From Endomicrobiales bacterium (GTDB lineage: Bacteria > Elusimicrobiota > Endomicrobiia > Endomicrobiales > CAWCFT01): 64,000 bases of DNA. The DNA is taken from the NCBI GenBank assembly GCA_963794945.1, contig CAWCFT010000011.1, positions 1 to 64,000 on the forward strand. Direction: 5' to 3'. The notes below the pieces were generated by a model that had not been told where the DNA came from, searched no databases, and was given only the letters and a program-made list of their open reading frames with translations. Made by a program: the position numbers and the translations under genes. Shown here one piece after another: positions 21,750 through 33,650 of the stretch (within the stretch, counting starts at the first letter, position 1; each line of letters starts with the position of its first letter).

Positions 21750-21837
21750 TGTCATCCCGATCCGCCGGAGGCGGAGAGGATCTTCTCTGTCACAAAAGGC
21801 AAGATTTCTCTCCCGCCACGGCGGGGTCTAAATGACA
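21750..21837. repeat. REP-like palindrome with TGTCAT...ATGACA ends
   Basis: Inverted ends plus internal ccgcc/ggcgg hairpins. Confidence 0.7.
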
Positions 21838-21855
21838 CAAAAGTGAATTTGCCTT

Positions 21856-22938
21856 TTATTTTGGCATGAATTTTCCGAGATCAAGGCCGAGCCTTGCGAG
21901 ATCGGAATATGTCGCGAAAACGAATATTATGAGTATTATGGCAAGCCCCGCAAAATTCGATATCTGGATGATCTTTTTATTGACCGGCCTGCGTATCACA
22001 AACTCTATCAAAGCTATGAATATGTGCCCGCCGTCAACAAGCGGTATGGGCAGCAGGTTAAACAAGCCGAGCGCCACCGATATAACTGCCAGAAGATGCA
22101 GCAGGTCGGGCATACCGGTCTTGGCCGCGGTCGCAAGTATCTGCATCACGCCTATTGGCCCGGCTACTTCCGGCTTTTCAAGGCGGATTATCTTTTCGCC
22201 GAGGTATTTTAGCGTGAAAACCGACTGGTAAACTACCATCTTACAGCTGAGGTAAACCGATTGCCCAAAACCCAGCTTTTCTATTTCAATTGTCGGCACT
22301 ATGCCTATAAGGCCCAAACCGGTAGATGCGTCTTTCCTGGGCGTTACACTTATCTCGATAGGCGATTGATCCCTCGTTACAGAAAGCATTACGGCCTGTC
22401 CCGGGTACTTGTGTATCAGCTCAGCCATTTCTTCCCAGCTTGCGACCGGAACGCCGTTAATTTTATCGATCTTGTCTCCGGGCTTTATGCCGGCTTGTTC
22501 AGAAGGGTAACCAGACATTACCTGGCCTATAACCGGAAGGGGCGACGGCTTCCCCATGCCCCAGGTAAATATGACGATAGTAAACAGTGCGACCGCGAGA
22601 AGATAGTTCATTAACGGGCCGAAAAAAGCGATTATCGCCCTTTTGTACCACGCCTGTGAAAGAAATTCGTCAGGGTGCCCGGTGCTGGTCTCAATGTCCT
22701 CTCCGGGCATTTTGACCATGCCTCCCAGAGGGATGGCCCTGATCTGGTATCTCGTCTCACCGTAGGTAAACCCCACAAGCTCGGGCCCGAAACCGAAAGC
22801 GAAAGCTTCAACCTTCAATTTGAAATACTTTGCCATGAGAAAATGCCCAAGCTCGTGAATAAAAATGAGCAGTCCGATGCCGAGGACCATGGCAAGCACT
22901 TGGAAAACCGTGATGTGAAAACCGAATATGTTTAACAT
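21856..22938 (-). CDS. rseP: RIP metalloprotease RseP
   Basis: HELGH, PDZ domain, NLLPIPLVDGG. Confidence 0.95.
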   Translation of the reverse strand: MLNIFGFHITVFQVLAMVLGIGLLIFIHELGHFLMAKYFKLKVEAFAFGFGPELVGFTYGETRYQIRAIPLGGMVKMPGEDIETSTGHPDEFLSQAWYKRAIIAFFGPLMNYLLAVALFTIVIFTWGMGKPSPLPVIGQVMSGYPSEQAGIKPGDKIDKINGVPVASWEEMAELIHKYPGQAVMLSVTRDQSPIEISVTPRKDASTGLGLIGIVPTIEIEKLGFGQSVYLSCKMVVYQSVFTLKYLGEKIIRLEKPEVAGPIGVMQILATAAKTGMPDLLHLLAVISVALGLFNLLPIPLVDGGHIFIALIEFVIRRPVNKKIIQISNFAGLAIILIIFVFATYSDLARLGLDLGKFMPK

Positions 22939-22953
22939 TAAAACTCCTTTGAC

Positions 22954-23042
22954 AGCTATAAGTTTTAAGCTGTAAGCCCTAAGCTGAACAAATAAATAAT
23001 TTTTGCATTTTCTTACGACTTAATACTTACAGCTTATAGCTT
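22954..23042. repeat. Heptamer-repeat hairpin between dxr and rseP
   Basis: agctata/agtttta/agctgta/agcccta versus cttacga/cttaata/cttacag/cttatag; the right arm encodes the last dxr codons. Confidence 0.85.
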
Positions 23043-24192
23043 GTATTATCTCTTCCGCTTTAACTCTGGCCTGACTGTCGGCTTTGATTATTTCCGCCAG
23101 GGACGCGCCGTGTTTGACTTTATGCGCGGACATCACTTTTTTAATGACTACCGGTATCTGGTCAAAACCTATTTTCTTTTCCAGAAAAGCCTTTACAGCA
23201 GATTCGTTCGCCGCGTTCATCACGGCCGGCATAGTGCCGCCGGCCTTTGCCGCGCCAAGCGCGATGCCCAGGCACGGGAACTTTTTAAAATCAGGCTTAA
23301 AGAACTCAAGCTTCTCAGCGCCGGGAAGGTCAAGTTTTTTTACTTCCGACTTCATTCTTTCCGGATATGTTATAGCGTACTGGATCGGCAGCCTCATGTC
23401 CGGGTTGGACATCTGCGCCAGCACCGAACCATCGGTAAATTCCACCAGCGAGTGGACTATTGACTGCGGGTGTATAACTATATCTATCTTATCGAGCGCG
23501 ATGCCGAACAGGTGGTGCGCCTCTATAGCTTCAAGCCCCTTGTTCATCAATGTGGCGGAATCAACCGTTATCTTCTTGCCCATTACCCAGGTTGGATGCG
23601 CGAGCGCGTCTTCAACGGTTATCTTCGAGTGCGCCTTGTTTGAGCGGTAGAAAGGGCCTCCCGAAGCGGTAAGTATCAGCCTGCTGACATTCTTAGAGCC
23701 CCCAATACACTGGAATATTGCCGAGTGCTCGCTGTCTACCGGCAATATCTTTACGCCTTTTTGCCTGGCCTTTTTCATCACTATATCGCCCGCGGCGACA
23801 AGAGCTTCCTTGTTGGCGAGCGCTATATCTTTCCCCGCGTTTATCGCGGAAATAAGTGGTTCTAAACCTGCCGAACCTACCACAGCCGCTATTACAAGGT
23901 TGACCGGACCGTACACAGCCGCGGCTTTCAGGCCATCGGCTCCTGATAAGACTTTAGTTTTGCGGTTATTTCTCCGGCACCAGCTTTTTAGCTCAAGCGC
24001 GTCTTTCTCATGCCACACGGAAACAAGGCCCGGAGAAAATTCTTTTATCTGAGCCTTGATCAGTTCGATGTTCGAGTAAGCGCTGATGCTGCTTATCTTG
24101 ACGAAGGAAGAGAGGTTCCTGGCGACATCCATGACCTGCCTGCCTATAGAACCGGTTGAACCAAGCACCGCGATATTTTTCATTTTAACCAT
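23020..24192 (-). CDS. dxr: 1-deoxy-D-xylulose 5-phosphate reductoisomerase
   Basis: LGSTGSIG, LANKE, PVDSEHSAIFQ, NKGLEAIEA. Confidence 0.97.
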   Translation of the reverse strand: MVKMKNIAVLGSTGSIGRQVMDVARNLSSFVKISSISAYSNIELIKAQIKEFSPGLVSVWHEKDALELKSWCRRNNRKTKVLSGADGLKAAAVYGPVNLVIAAVVGSAGLEPLISAINAGKDIALANKEALVAAGDIVMKKARQKGVKILPVDSEHSAIFQCIGGSKNVSRLILTASGGPFYRSNKAHSKITVEDALAHPTWVMGKKITVDSATLMNKGLEAIEAHHLFGIALDKIDIVIHPQSIVHSLVEFTDGSVLAQMSNPDMRLPIQYAITYPERMKSEVKKLDLPGAEKLEFFKPDFKKFPCLGIALGAAKAGGTMPAVMNAANESAVKAFLEKKIGFDQIPVVIKKVMSAHKVKHGASLAEIIKADSQARVKAEEIIQAISCKY

Positions 24193-24214
24193 TTTATTGA
24201 CCGATGGAGGAATA

Positions 24215-25042
24215 TTAATTGCCTTTGAAAATCGTCAGATAATAATAAATCAGCGGGGATGTGAACAGGAAGGAATCGAAACGGTCTAGCATGCCCCCGT
24301 GGCCTGGAAGGAGGTCAGCCGAGTCTTTGACACCGACATCCCTTTTGATCATTGATTCCGCGAGGTCGGAGAACTGCGAAGTGCCGGTTATGATAAGGCC
24401 AAGGATGGCCGCTTCGGACAGCGTCAGGCTGGTTTTGAGGAATATCAGTTTGCATATCATTGCCGTAAATATTCCGGTCAACGCCCCGCCTGCGAGGCCT
24501 TCCAGCGTTTTCTTAGGGCTTACCATCGCGGCCAGCGTGTTGCGCCCGAATTTCCTTCCAACGGCATATGCCCCTGTATCAAGCATCCAGATGACAATGA
24601 ACAGGAAAAACACGTACTCCATCCCGAACGGGCGCAGGTTCCTGATAAGCACCAAATGCCCGAGGGTCCAGGGAATGAAAAAAGCCCCAAAGAACGTTAT
24701 CGATATCCTCTCAATAGCTTTTTCGGGGCTGCTGCGGAGCATCTCCCTTAAAAACACCGGTATAAGAATAAGGCTTAACAGCGCCGCCGTGCCCTGGTTA
24801 TCAATAGATGCCCCGAGTTTGGTGCCGTTCAAATACATCGATAAAAAGAGCGCCATGCCGCATATTGTGCCTATAACCGGCTGAAAGCCGTACTTGCCGT
24901 AGCCGGCCAATATGTAATATTCCCGTAGCGACATGAATACAACACCTGCCATGAGCAGGAAGAACGGTATCCCGCCAAGGTAAACCGCAAACATCACCAA
25001 AGGAATTCCTACGACCGCCGTGATTATTCTTGGTAAAATCAT
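24215..25042 (-). CDS. cdsA: Phosphatidate cytidylyltransferase
   Basis: SPKKTLEG, KRDVGVKDS, PGHGGMLDRFDS. True start is MILPR; the ORF-track extension runs through a repeat. Confidence 0.95.
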   Translation of the reverse strand: MILPRIITAVVGIPLVMFAVYLGGIPFFLLMAGVVFMSLREYYILAGYGKYGFQPVIGTICGMALFLSMYLNGTKLGASIDNQGTAALLSLILIPVFLREMLRSSPEKAIERISITFFGAFFIPWTLGHLVLIRNLRPFGMEYVFFLFIVIWMLDTGAYAVGRKFGRNTLAAMVSPKKTLEGLAGGALTGIFTAMICKLIFLKTSLTLSEAAILGLIITGTSQFSDLAESMIKRDVGVKDSADLLPGHGGMLDRFDSFLFTSPLIYYYLTIFKGN

Positions 25043-25051
25043 GTTTAATTC

Positions 25052-25127
25052 AATTAAAAATTGAAAGATTAAAGATTCAAAGATTAAATTCACTAATTCT
25101 TAATCTTTAATTTTATAATCTTCAATC
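25052..25127. repeat. 7/8-mer repeat hairpin between uppS and cdsA
   Basis: aattaaa/aattgaaa/gattaaa/gattcaaa versus taattct/taatctt/taatttt/ataatctt. Confidence 0.8.
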
Positions 25128-25134
25128 GCCGTTA

Positions 25135-25839
25135 CTATATTCCCCCGAAACGCCGCTGCCGGGATTGAAACTCTATTATGGCATCTTGAAGATTTTTTGT
25201 TTTAAAATCGGGCCACAAAACCGGGGTCACATATAATTCGGTATAAGCTATCTGCCAGAGTAGGAAATTCGAGACCCGCATTTCTCCGGATGTCCTTATC
25301 AAAAGGTCGGGGTCGGGAAGCCCGGCCGTATAAAGCCGGCTTTCGATATCTTTTTCTTCCGCATTCTTCTGCCCGCTCTTCAACAGAGCGTTCACCGCGC
25401 ACAATATTTCCTGCCTCGCGCCATAGTTCAGGGCCAGGCTGAGTATCATACCGTCGTTGTTTGCCGTAAGTTCTTTTGTTTCTTCGAGCAGCCTCTGCTG
25501 TTCAAGCGGAAGCTTTGTGATATCGCCTATGGTAATAAGCCTGATGTTGTTATCCATGAATGTTTTACGCTCTTTTACGACATAAAGCCTTAGAATGGAC
25601 ATTAAACCCTTTATCTCGGCCTTGGGCCTTATCCAATTCTCAGTTGAAAAAGCGTAAAGCGTCAACACCTTGATCTTTTTCAGTTCGGCGCAGTATGCAA
25701 CTATTTCTCTTACGGTTTTCATGGCCTGCCTGTGCCCGAATATCCTGGGCAGGCCGCGCTTCTTGGCCCAGCGGCCGTTACCATCCATGATTATTGCTAC
25801 ATGAGCCGGCAGTTTTGAAAGATCTATGTTTTCATTCAT
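25135..25839 (-). CDS. uppS: Undecaprenyl diphosphate synthase
   Basis: IMDGNGRWA, FSTENW, RTSGEMRVSNFLLWQ. Confidence 0.97.
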   Translation of the reverse strand: MNENIDLSKLPAHVAIIMDGNGRWAKKRGLPRIFGHRQAMKTVREIVAYCAELKKIKVLTLYAFSTENWIRPKAEIKGLMSILRLYVVKERKTFMDNNIRLITIGDITKLPLEQQRLLEETKELTANNDGMILSLALNYGARQEILCAVNALLKSGQKNAEEKDIESRLYTAGLPDPDLLIRTSGEMRVSNFLLWQIAYTELYVTPVLWPDFKTKNLQDAIIEFQSRQRRFGGI

Positions 25840-25845
25840 AAAGGC

Positions 25846-25946
25846 GTCGTCAGTCGTCGGTCGTCAGCAGTCAGTTCCAGGTTAACATCCTTATTTAAAT
25901 AGCTTTTATTCATTGTACTGACGACTGACTGCTGATTACTGGCGAC
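25846..25946. repeat. Heptamer-repeat hairpin between ferredoxin and uppS
   Basis: gtcgtca/gtcgtcg/gtcgtca/gcagtca versus actgacg/actgact/gctgatt/actggcg. Confidence 0.9.
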
Positions 25947-25953
25947 GGTGTTA

Positions 25954-26136
25954 TTATTTCTTTTTGGTTCCGCTTATGCATGTCATCGGGCAAACATCCG
26001 CGCAATCACCGCAATCGGTGCACTTTGCCGCGTCGATCTTATATTTATCTCCATCCTGGCTGATAGCCTTAGAGGGGCACGACCCTTCGCATACTCCGCA
26101 TCCCGCGCACTGCTCAACGTCGATCTTGAAAGCCAT
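25954..26136 (-). CDS. 2[4Fe-4S] ferredoxin
   Basis: Two CxxCxxCxxxCP motifs; GGAGG RBS. Confidence 0.95.
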   Translation of the reverse strand: MAFKIDVEQCAGCGVCEGSCPSKAISQDGDKYKIDAAKCTDCGDCADVCPMTCISGTKKK

Positions 26137-26177
26137 ATTCTTACGTCCTCCTGTATAATATTTTCTGCTTTGCTTTT

Positions 26178-26207
26178 CTTACCGCTTACAACTTATCGCT
26201 TATCACT
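26178..26207. repeat. Single heptamer arm between frr and ferredoxin
   Basis: cttaccg/cttacaa/cttatcg/cttatca. Confidence 0.7.
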
Positions 26208-26213
26208 GGTTTA

Positions 26214-26779
26214 CTAAACTTCCATCACGTCTCTTTCTTTGAGCGCCAGCAGCTCGTCGATCTTTTTCATGTAAACATCGGTGAGCTTCTGTGAATCTAT
26301 CTCAGCTTTTTTTCTTTCGTCTTCTGTGATCTTTTTATCCTTCTCGGCTTTCTTTATGTTCTCAACCATTTGCCGCCTTTCGTTGCGTATCGCTATCCTG
26401 AATTCTTCGGTTATCTTATGTATGCCCTTAACTATCTCTTTCCTGCGCTCTTCTGTAAGCGACGGAACGGAAAGCCTTATTATCTTGCCGTCGTTAGCCG
26501 GAGTAAGGCCAATGTTCTGACTTAAGTATCGCTTTCTCGATATTCTGAAGCTGAGAAATATCCCAGGGGCGTATCTCAATGGTTTTCGCGTCAGGAGTGC
26601 TCATATTGGCAAGCTGGTTCAACGGCATCAAAACTCCGCCATATGACTCCACTTTAACCCCTTCAACAAGAGCTGTGCTTGCCCTGCCGGTCCTGATAGA
26701 AGCAAGAGCGGCCTTTCATCTTATCAAGCGTTCTTTTCATCGGCTCTTCGCCCTGAGCCAAAATCTCTTTAGTTGACAT
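26214..26779 (-). CDS. frr: Ribosome recycling factor (frameshifted)
   Basis: IRTGRAS on the minus strand; [33 protein letters not shown]. Confidence 0.95.
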
Positions 26780-26799
26780 TAGCACCTCCACCGAAGGCT

Positions 26800-26915
26800 G
26801 TTCAAAGGTTCAATAGTTCAAGGGTTCAAAGATTTTAGCATTAAAACTGACATCAACAAAAAATAGCATATTGCAGTCAATTATCCTTTGAACATTGAAC
26901 CTTTAAACTTTGAAC
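26800..26915. repeat. Octamer/heptamer repeat hairpin between tsf and frr
   Basis: gttcaaag/gttcaata/gttcaagg/gttcaaag versus ctttgaac/attgaac/ctttaaac/tttgaac. Confidence 0.9.
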
Positions 26916-26924
26916 TATATGTGT

Positions 26925-27526
26925 TTATTCTTCCCCAACTCTGAACCTTGCGAAACGTTTGACAACTATATTTTCGCCTATCTTCGCCACAGCCGCGGTA
27001 ACTACATCCTTAACTTTTTCTTTGCCGGATGTGTCCCTTATGTAGGGCTGGTCAAGAAGGCAACCTGGCTGTAGAACTTGTCGAGCTTTCCTTCCATTAT
27101 CTTGTCCCAAACCTTCTCTGGTTTGCCTTCCTCTTTAAGCTGGGCCTTGTATATCTCTTTTTCCTTATCGATAACTTCTATCGCCACGTCTTCCCTTTTA
27201 ACGTAAAGAGGGTTGGCGGCGGCGACTTGCATTGAGAGCTCTTTTACAAGGTTCTGGAAGTCTTCGGTCCTCGCGACGAAATCAGTCTCGCAGTTTACTT
27301 CTATAAGCACGCCGAGCTTGCCGCCGGCGTGGATATAAGAAGCTACCAGGCCCTGGGTCGCGGGCCTTTCGGCTTTCTTGACGGCCGAAGCTATGCCTTT
27401 TTCTCTCAAGTACTGTATGGCTTTATCCAGGTCGTCTTTCGCTTCTACAAGCGCGGCTTTGCAGTCCAGTATGCCTGCGCCGGTCATAGACCTAAGTTTT
27501 GATATTAATTCAGGAGTTGGGCTCAT
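26925..27526 (-). CDS. tsf: Elongation factor Ts, short form (frameshifted)
   Basis: [33 protein letters not shown]. Confidence 0.97.
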
Positions 27527-28325
27527 TTGTAGCTACCTCGCTTTTGTTTATTGTATCCGTCTCATTCTTAAGTTCTACGGCAGGTGTTTCAACTGCTAAG
27601 ACATCTTCGGTAAGCGCTTGATCGCCTTCCTGCTGCTTGTTGACAAGGCCTCTGCCTTCAAGAACCGCGTCAGCTACGATCGAGCAGAAAAGTTTTACGG
27701 CTCTGATGGCGTCATCGTTTCCGGGTATGGGGTAGTCCACAAGGTCCGGGTCACAGTTCGTATCACATATGGCGACTACGGGAATGTGAAGCTTCCTTGC
27801 CTCTTGTACGGCGGTCGCTTCTTCCGAAGGGTCTACTATGAAAAGAAGGCCCGGGTATTGTTTCATGTTCTTAATGCCTTCAAGTGATTTTTCAAGCTTG
27901 AGCCTTTCCTTTTCTTTCTGTGACGCTTCTTTTTTTGAAAGCAGGTCAAAGAGCCCGTCGGTTTTCATACGGTCTAGCTCGTTAAGCCTCGCAATAGATT
28001 TCTTGATAGTCTCAAAGTTCGTGAGCGTCCCGCCGAGCCACCTGTCGGAAACGAAAAAAGCTCCGCAGCGAAGGGCTTCTTCTTTAAGGGGCGTCTGGGC
28101 CTGTTTCTTTGTGCCTACGAAGAGCACTGTTTTGCCTTCGATCACAGAATCCCTGACGTATTTGTAGGCTTTTTTGAGTTCTTTGACGGTTTTCTGCAGG
28201 TCAACGATGTGGATCTTGTTGCGAGTGCCGAAAATGAACTTGGCCATTTTCGGGTTCCATCTGCGCGTCTGGTGTCCGAAGTGGACCCCTGCCTCTAGCA
28301 AGGCTTTCATCGAAATGTTGGACAT
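27510..28325 (-). CDS. rpsB: 30S ribosomal protein S2
   Basis: [31 protein letters not shown] at 28325 has a GGAG RBS. Confidence 0.98.
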   Translation of the reverse strand: MSNISMKALLEAGVHFGHQTRRWNPKMAKFIFGTRNKIHIVDLQKTVKELKKAYKYVRDSVIEGKTVLFVGTKKQAQTPLKEEALRCGAFFVSDRWLGGTLTNFETIKKSIARLNELDRMKTDGLFDLLSKKEASQKEKERLKLEKSLEGIKNMKQYPGLLFIVDPSEEATAVQEARKLHIPVVAICDTNCDPDLVDYPIPGNDDAIRAVKLFCSIVADAVLEGRGLVNKQQEGDQALTEDVLAVETPAVELKNETDTINKSEVATNEPNS

Positions 28326-28329
28326 ACTG

Positions 28330-28445
28330 CTGTCTCCTTTGGTTTTTCCCGCTTTATGCGGCCGGGCCTCCACGCGGTTCACACTTTCCCAGCCCACGCC
28401 CTTACGGGCTGTGGGACCCTGGAAATAATCCCCGAGTGTGTTTAT
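28330..28445 (-). promoter_or_regulatory. Probable S2 autoregulatory leader RNA
   Basis: ACACAC...hairpins...GTGGAGG...AACC arrangement directly upstream of rpsB. Confidence 0.6.
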
Positions 28446-28560
28446 TAAAGTCAAAAACCGCTAATACATCATAGCGGCTTTTGCCGTTCGAGATAAGATA
28501 ATACCAAATATTTTTAAGATTTTCAACTATTATTGTACTTTGTGCGGGCGACTTGTTTTT

Positions 28561-30385
<1,825 letters not shown>

Positions 30386-30414
30386 TTATCTCTTCCTTTT
30401 AACACAATTTCGTT

Positions 30415-31263
30415 TTATGCGCTCATTACGTTCGTGATATCCAGTATCTCGTTAGTTATCTTTTCCTGGCGAAGCTTGTTGTAAGAAAGTGTGAAGAACT
30501 CTGTTATATCGATAGCGTTGTTCTTTGCGTTCTGCATGGCGACCATACGCGCGGCTTGTTCCGACGTGTAGGCGTTGAGCAGGCAGTTGTAAAGCCTGAC
30601 TTCAGTGTAGTACGGTATTATATCTTCCAGCAACACTCCCGCGACGGGTTCATACTTGTATCCGGCCACGGGCACGGTTTCGGTCTTGGGGTCGAAAGTA
30701 ACCGGCAGAAGCTTCTTTATCACCGGGACATTCGTGAAAATGCTCTTAAAGTCCGCGTAAAGCACGCTGACCTCAAACACCTCGCCGCTTATGTAAAGCT
30801 TGTCCATTACTTCCAGTATCGGATAGATGAAATCGTATCTGGGCAGCTTCGTTCCCATGGGGAAAGAAGCTTTCACGTCAAAACCGTGCCTGGCCATGTA
30901 CCTTTCGATCTTCTTACCGACAGTGATGACCATATACTCGGCGGGGTTGTAGCCTGCGAGTTTCTTTGTTATATTCTCAACGAGCGCACCGCATAAGCCG
31001 CGGTCCGGGGAAACAGCTATGACCAGCTTCTTGCCGGCGGCTTTTGGCCTGACGTAAGGGCTGTCGATAAGCGAAGTGTCAACACCGTAAAGTATCTTCT
31101 CGAGCATATCGACAAGTTTCTCAGTATAAGGCCTGTTGTTCTCAACAAACTGCTTTGCCTTCCTGATCTTAGACGCCGATATCATCTCCATCGCTTTCGC
31201 AATCTGGGATATGTTCTTGGCGGTCTTTATCCTGGATTTGAGTTCCTTTAAGTTGCCTGCCAT
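30415..31263 (-). CDS. atpG: ATP synthase gamma subunit
   Basis: KAMEMISASK, DRGLCG, SEQAARMVAM, RQEKITNEI. Confidence 0.97.
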   Translation of the reverse strand: MAGNLKELKSRIKTAKNISQIAKAMEMISASKIRKAKQFVENNRPYTEKLVDMLEKILYGVDTSLIDSPYVRPKAAGKKLVIAVSPDRGLCGALVENITKKLAGYNPAEYMVITVGKKIERYMARHGFDVKASFPMGTKLPRYDFIYPILEVMDKLYISGEVFEVSVLYADFKSIFTNVPVIKKLLPVTFDPKTETVPVAGYKYEPVAGVLLEDIIPYYTEVRLYNCLLNAYTSEQAARMVAMQNAKNNAIDITEFFTLSYNKLRQEKITNEILDITNVMSA

Positions 31264-31275
31264 ATCTTCCTTGTT

Positions 31276-31555
31276 AAATCAAAAATTAACCTCCGCCCAG
31301 CAAGCTGGGCGGTATCAGATGAATTTTGTCTTTCTTCCTCTCCCTTAGATGGGAGAGGATTGAGGTGAGGGTGAGCTTTTAAATGTAACTTTTATTCAGC
31401 CCCCTCATCCCCACCTTCTCCCGCCAGGGGAGAAGATAAATTCGGTAACCCCGCAACGAGCACGGAGAATTGTCAAGTTAAATATCAAAATTTAGGTTAA
31501 CATCTTTGAGATAAATAGTCTTAATTTTTGAGTTTTGATCCTTGATATTTGATAT
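31276..31555. repeat. Composite nested palindromic element between atpA and atpG
   Basis: A heptamer arm interrupted by ccgcccagcaagctgggcgg and ccccgcaacgagcacggag, which flank a cctctccc...gggagagg...cccctcatccccaccttctccc...gggagaag element (31334-31435). Confidence 0.8.
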
Positions 31556-31563
31556 CGCCTTAT

Positions 31564-33075
31564 TTATCTTGACTGCTTGAATTTCTTTATTGCGGCATTG
31601 AGTCCCGCAAGTGTGCTTTCTTCGATCTTTGCGCCTGTGCATATGCCCGCGCAGAGTTCTTTCTGTTCGAGCTTGAAATATACTATCAGGTCGTCTTCGA
31701 ATTTTCGCAGGTTCTCAAGCGGTATGTCATCGAGAAGCCCGGAGGTTGCCGAGTAGAGCACAAGTATCTCCGAAGCTTCATCTATCGTCGCATACTGCGG
31801 CTGCTTGAGCACTTCCGTTATGCGTTTTCCCCTCTCTATCCTGTTGAGAGTAGCCTCGTCTAAGTTTGAACCAAATTGGGCGAAGGCCTGCAGCTCCCTG
31901 AACTGCGCGTGCTCGAGCTTCAGCGGCCCTGCAACCTGTTTTATGGCTTTGGTCTGAGCGTTGCCGCCGACCCTCGAGACCGAGAGCCCGACATTTATTG
32001 CCGGCCTTTGCCCGGCATTGAAAAGGTCTGTTTCCAGGTATATCTGTCCATCGGTGATTGATATAACGTTTGTAGGAATGTAAGCCGAGACGTCATTGGC
32101 CTGGGTTTCTATAATAGGAAGTGCGGTCAATGACCCGGCCCCGCGTTCATCGGATAATTTCGCCGAGCGCTCCAGAAGCCTCGAGTGCAGGTAGAATATG
32201 TCGCCCGGGTAAGCTTCTCTGCCAGCCGGCCTTTTTAAGAGGAGCGATATCTGCCTGTATGCCCAGGCGTGTTTCGTGAGGTCGTCATAAACCACAAGCA
32301 CGTCTTCACCTTCGTTCATGAAGTATTCGCCTATCGCACAAGCCGCGAACGGGGCTATGTACTGAAGTGCCGCCGGGTCGGACGCGCTCGCCGCTACGAC
32401 TATCGTGTAGTCCATCGCGCCTTCTTCCTGAAGTTTCGCTATGGTCTTTGCGACGCTGCTGTTCTTCTGGCCGATGGCGCAGTAAATGCAGATTACTTTC
32501 TTAAGCCCCAAATCCATTTTTTTCTGGTTGATTATAGTGTCGAGCGCTATCGCTGTCTTTCCCGTGTTCCTGTCGCCGATGATAAGCTCTCTCTGCCCTC
32601 TGCCTATGGGAATAATGGCGTCCAGGGCTTTGATACCGGTCTTTAACGGTACCTTTACCGGCTGCCTGTCGATAACTTTCGGGGCCGGGCTTTCAAGCGG
32701 GTACAACCTGCCGGTATTCTTGAGTTCTTTGCCGTCCAGAGGAACCTGCAGCGGGTTTATCACCCTTCCTATAAGTTCTTCGGATACCATTACGCCAAGC
32801 ACCTTGCCGGTAGTCTTGACCTTCATCCCTTCCGTGATGTCACGGGCATCTGAAAGAAGAATAATGGATACGTAATCCTCGTCGAGGTTGAAAACGAGCC
32901 CCCTGGACCCGTCCTCGAACTCTACTTCTTCTCCAAAACCTACTTTTGAAAGGCCCGTCGCCCTCACCGTGCCGTCGCCCACTGTATCAACGATACCCTG
33001 GTTGACAAGCTCGGGAGATACTTCAACTGAAAATAACTTTTCTTCGATCTGTTTAAGCAGTTCTTCTGGTTTCAT
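31564..33075 (-). CDS. atpA: ATP synthase alpha subunit
   Basis: GRGQRELIIGDRNTGKT, GREAYPGD, PAINVGLSVSRVG. Confidence 0.98.
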   Translation of the reverse strand: MKPEELLKQIEEKLFSVEVSPELVNQGIVDTVGDGTVRATGLSKVGFGEEVEFEDGSRGLVFNLDEDYVSIILLSDARDITEGMKVKTTGKVLGVMVSEELIGRVINPLQVPLDGKELKNTGRLYPLESPAPKVIDRQPVKVPLKTGIKALDAIIPIGRGQRELIIGDRNTGKTAIALDTIINQKKMDLGLKKVICIYCAIGQKNSSVAKTIAKLQEEGAMDYTIVVAASASDPAALQYIAPFAACAIGEYFMNEGEDVLVVYDDLTKHAWAYRQISLLLKRPAGREAYPGDIFYLHSRLLERSAKLSDERGAGSLTALPIIETQANDVSAYIPTNVISITDGQIYLETDLFNAGQRPAINVGLSVSRVGGNAQTKAIKQVAGPLKLEHAQFRELQAFAQFGSNLDEATLNRIERGKRITEVLKQPQYATIDEASEILVLYSATSGLLDDIPLENLRKFEDDLIVYFKLEQKELCAGICTGAKIEESTLAGLNAAIKKFKQSR

Positions 33076-33103
33076 GTTTATCCTTCACTTCGTTCAGGCA
33101 CTA

Positions 33104-33200
33104 ATTGATTACAGTGATTACATAATAAGCCAAGATTTTGATCATCGCAATCGTTGTTAGAAATCACCGTAATCAAGTATAGGTTTTTAGATTCCTATAC
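33104..33200. repeat. Nonamer-type hairpin plus a small hairpin between atpH and atpA
   Basis: tgattacag/tgattacat versus aatcaccgtaatcaa; then gtatagg...cctatac. Confidence 0.55.
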
Positions 33201-33562
33201 TATAAGTTCTCTTTTATCCCGTTAATAGCCCTTTCAATTATATTTTTTACGCTTAACCTTACTATATTGTCGCCGTGTTCAAGCACCATGCCTGCGCCAA
33301 GCGACGGATCGGTCTCATAACGTATATCCCGCCCCTTAAATACTTCGCCTATCGTTTTTCTCGTGCCTTCATCGGACACGCCTGCAGTGCTGACACTGAC
33401 CCGCCTCTTGCTTGTTTCATTCTTCAGATAGAGCATGTACTTTTTGAGGTCCCGCTTGGGAAGCGTCTCCAGAGCGTACTTCTGCGCGGCCTCGCCTTCC
33501 GGCCCGGCCAAAAATGCCATTGACGCAAGTTCCCTCAAAACGCTGTCTTTCATCCAGCCCAT
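33200..33562 (-). CDS. atpH: ATP synthase delta subunit, short and divergent
   Basis: Position between b and alpha; C-terminal DPSLGAGMVLEHGDNIVRLSV. Confidence 0.85.
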   Translation of the reverse strand: MGWMKDSVLRELASMAFLAGPEGEAAQKYALETLPKRDLKKYMLYLKNETSKRRVSVSTAGVSDEGTRKTIGEVFKGRDIRYETDPSLGAGMVLEHGDNIVRLSVKNIIERAINGIKENL

Positions 33563-33650
33563 CCTGTCTTAGCAAGACAAGCAAACATGATACATGCTAA
33601 TAAAGTGTTAATTTTACATAAACTGCCAAATTCTACAATATGGGCTGGAT

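Noticed and set aside
28326..28454. N-terminal ORF-track extensions of rpsB (also cdsA, atpE, greA, TauE)
   Set aside because: Downstream ATGs match the expected protein starts, mostly with clear RBSs; the extensions cover leader or repeat DNA.
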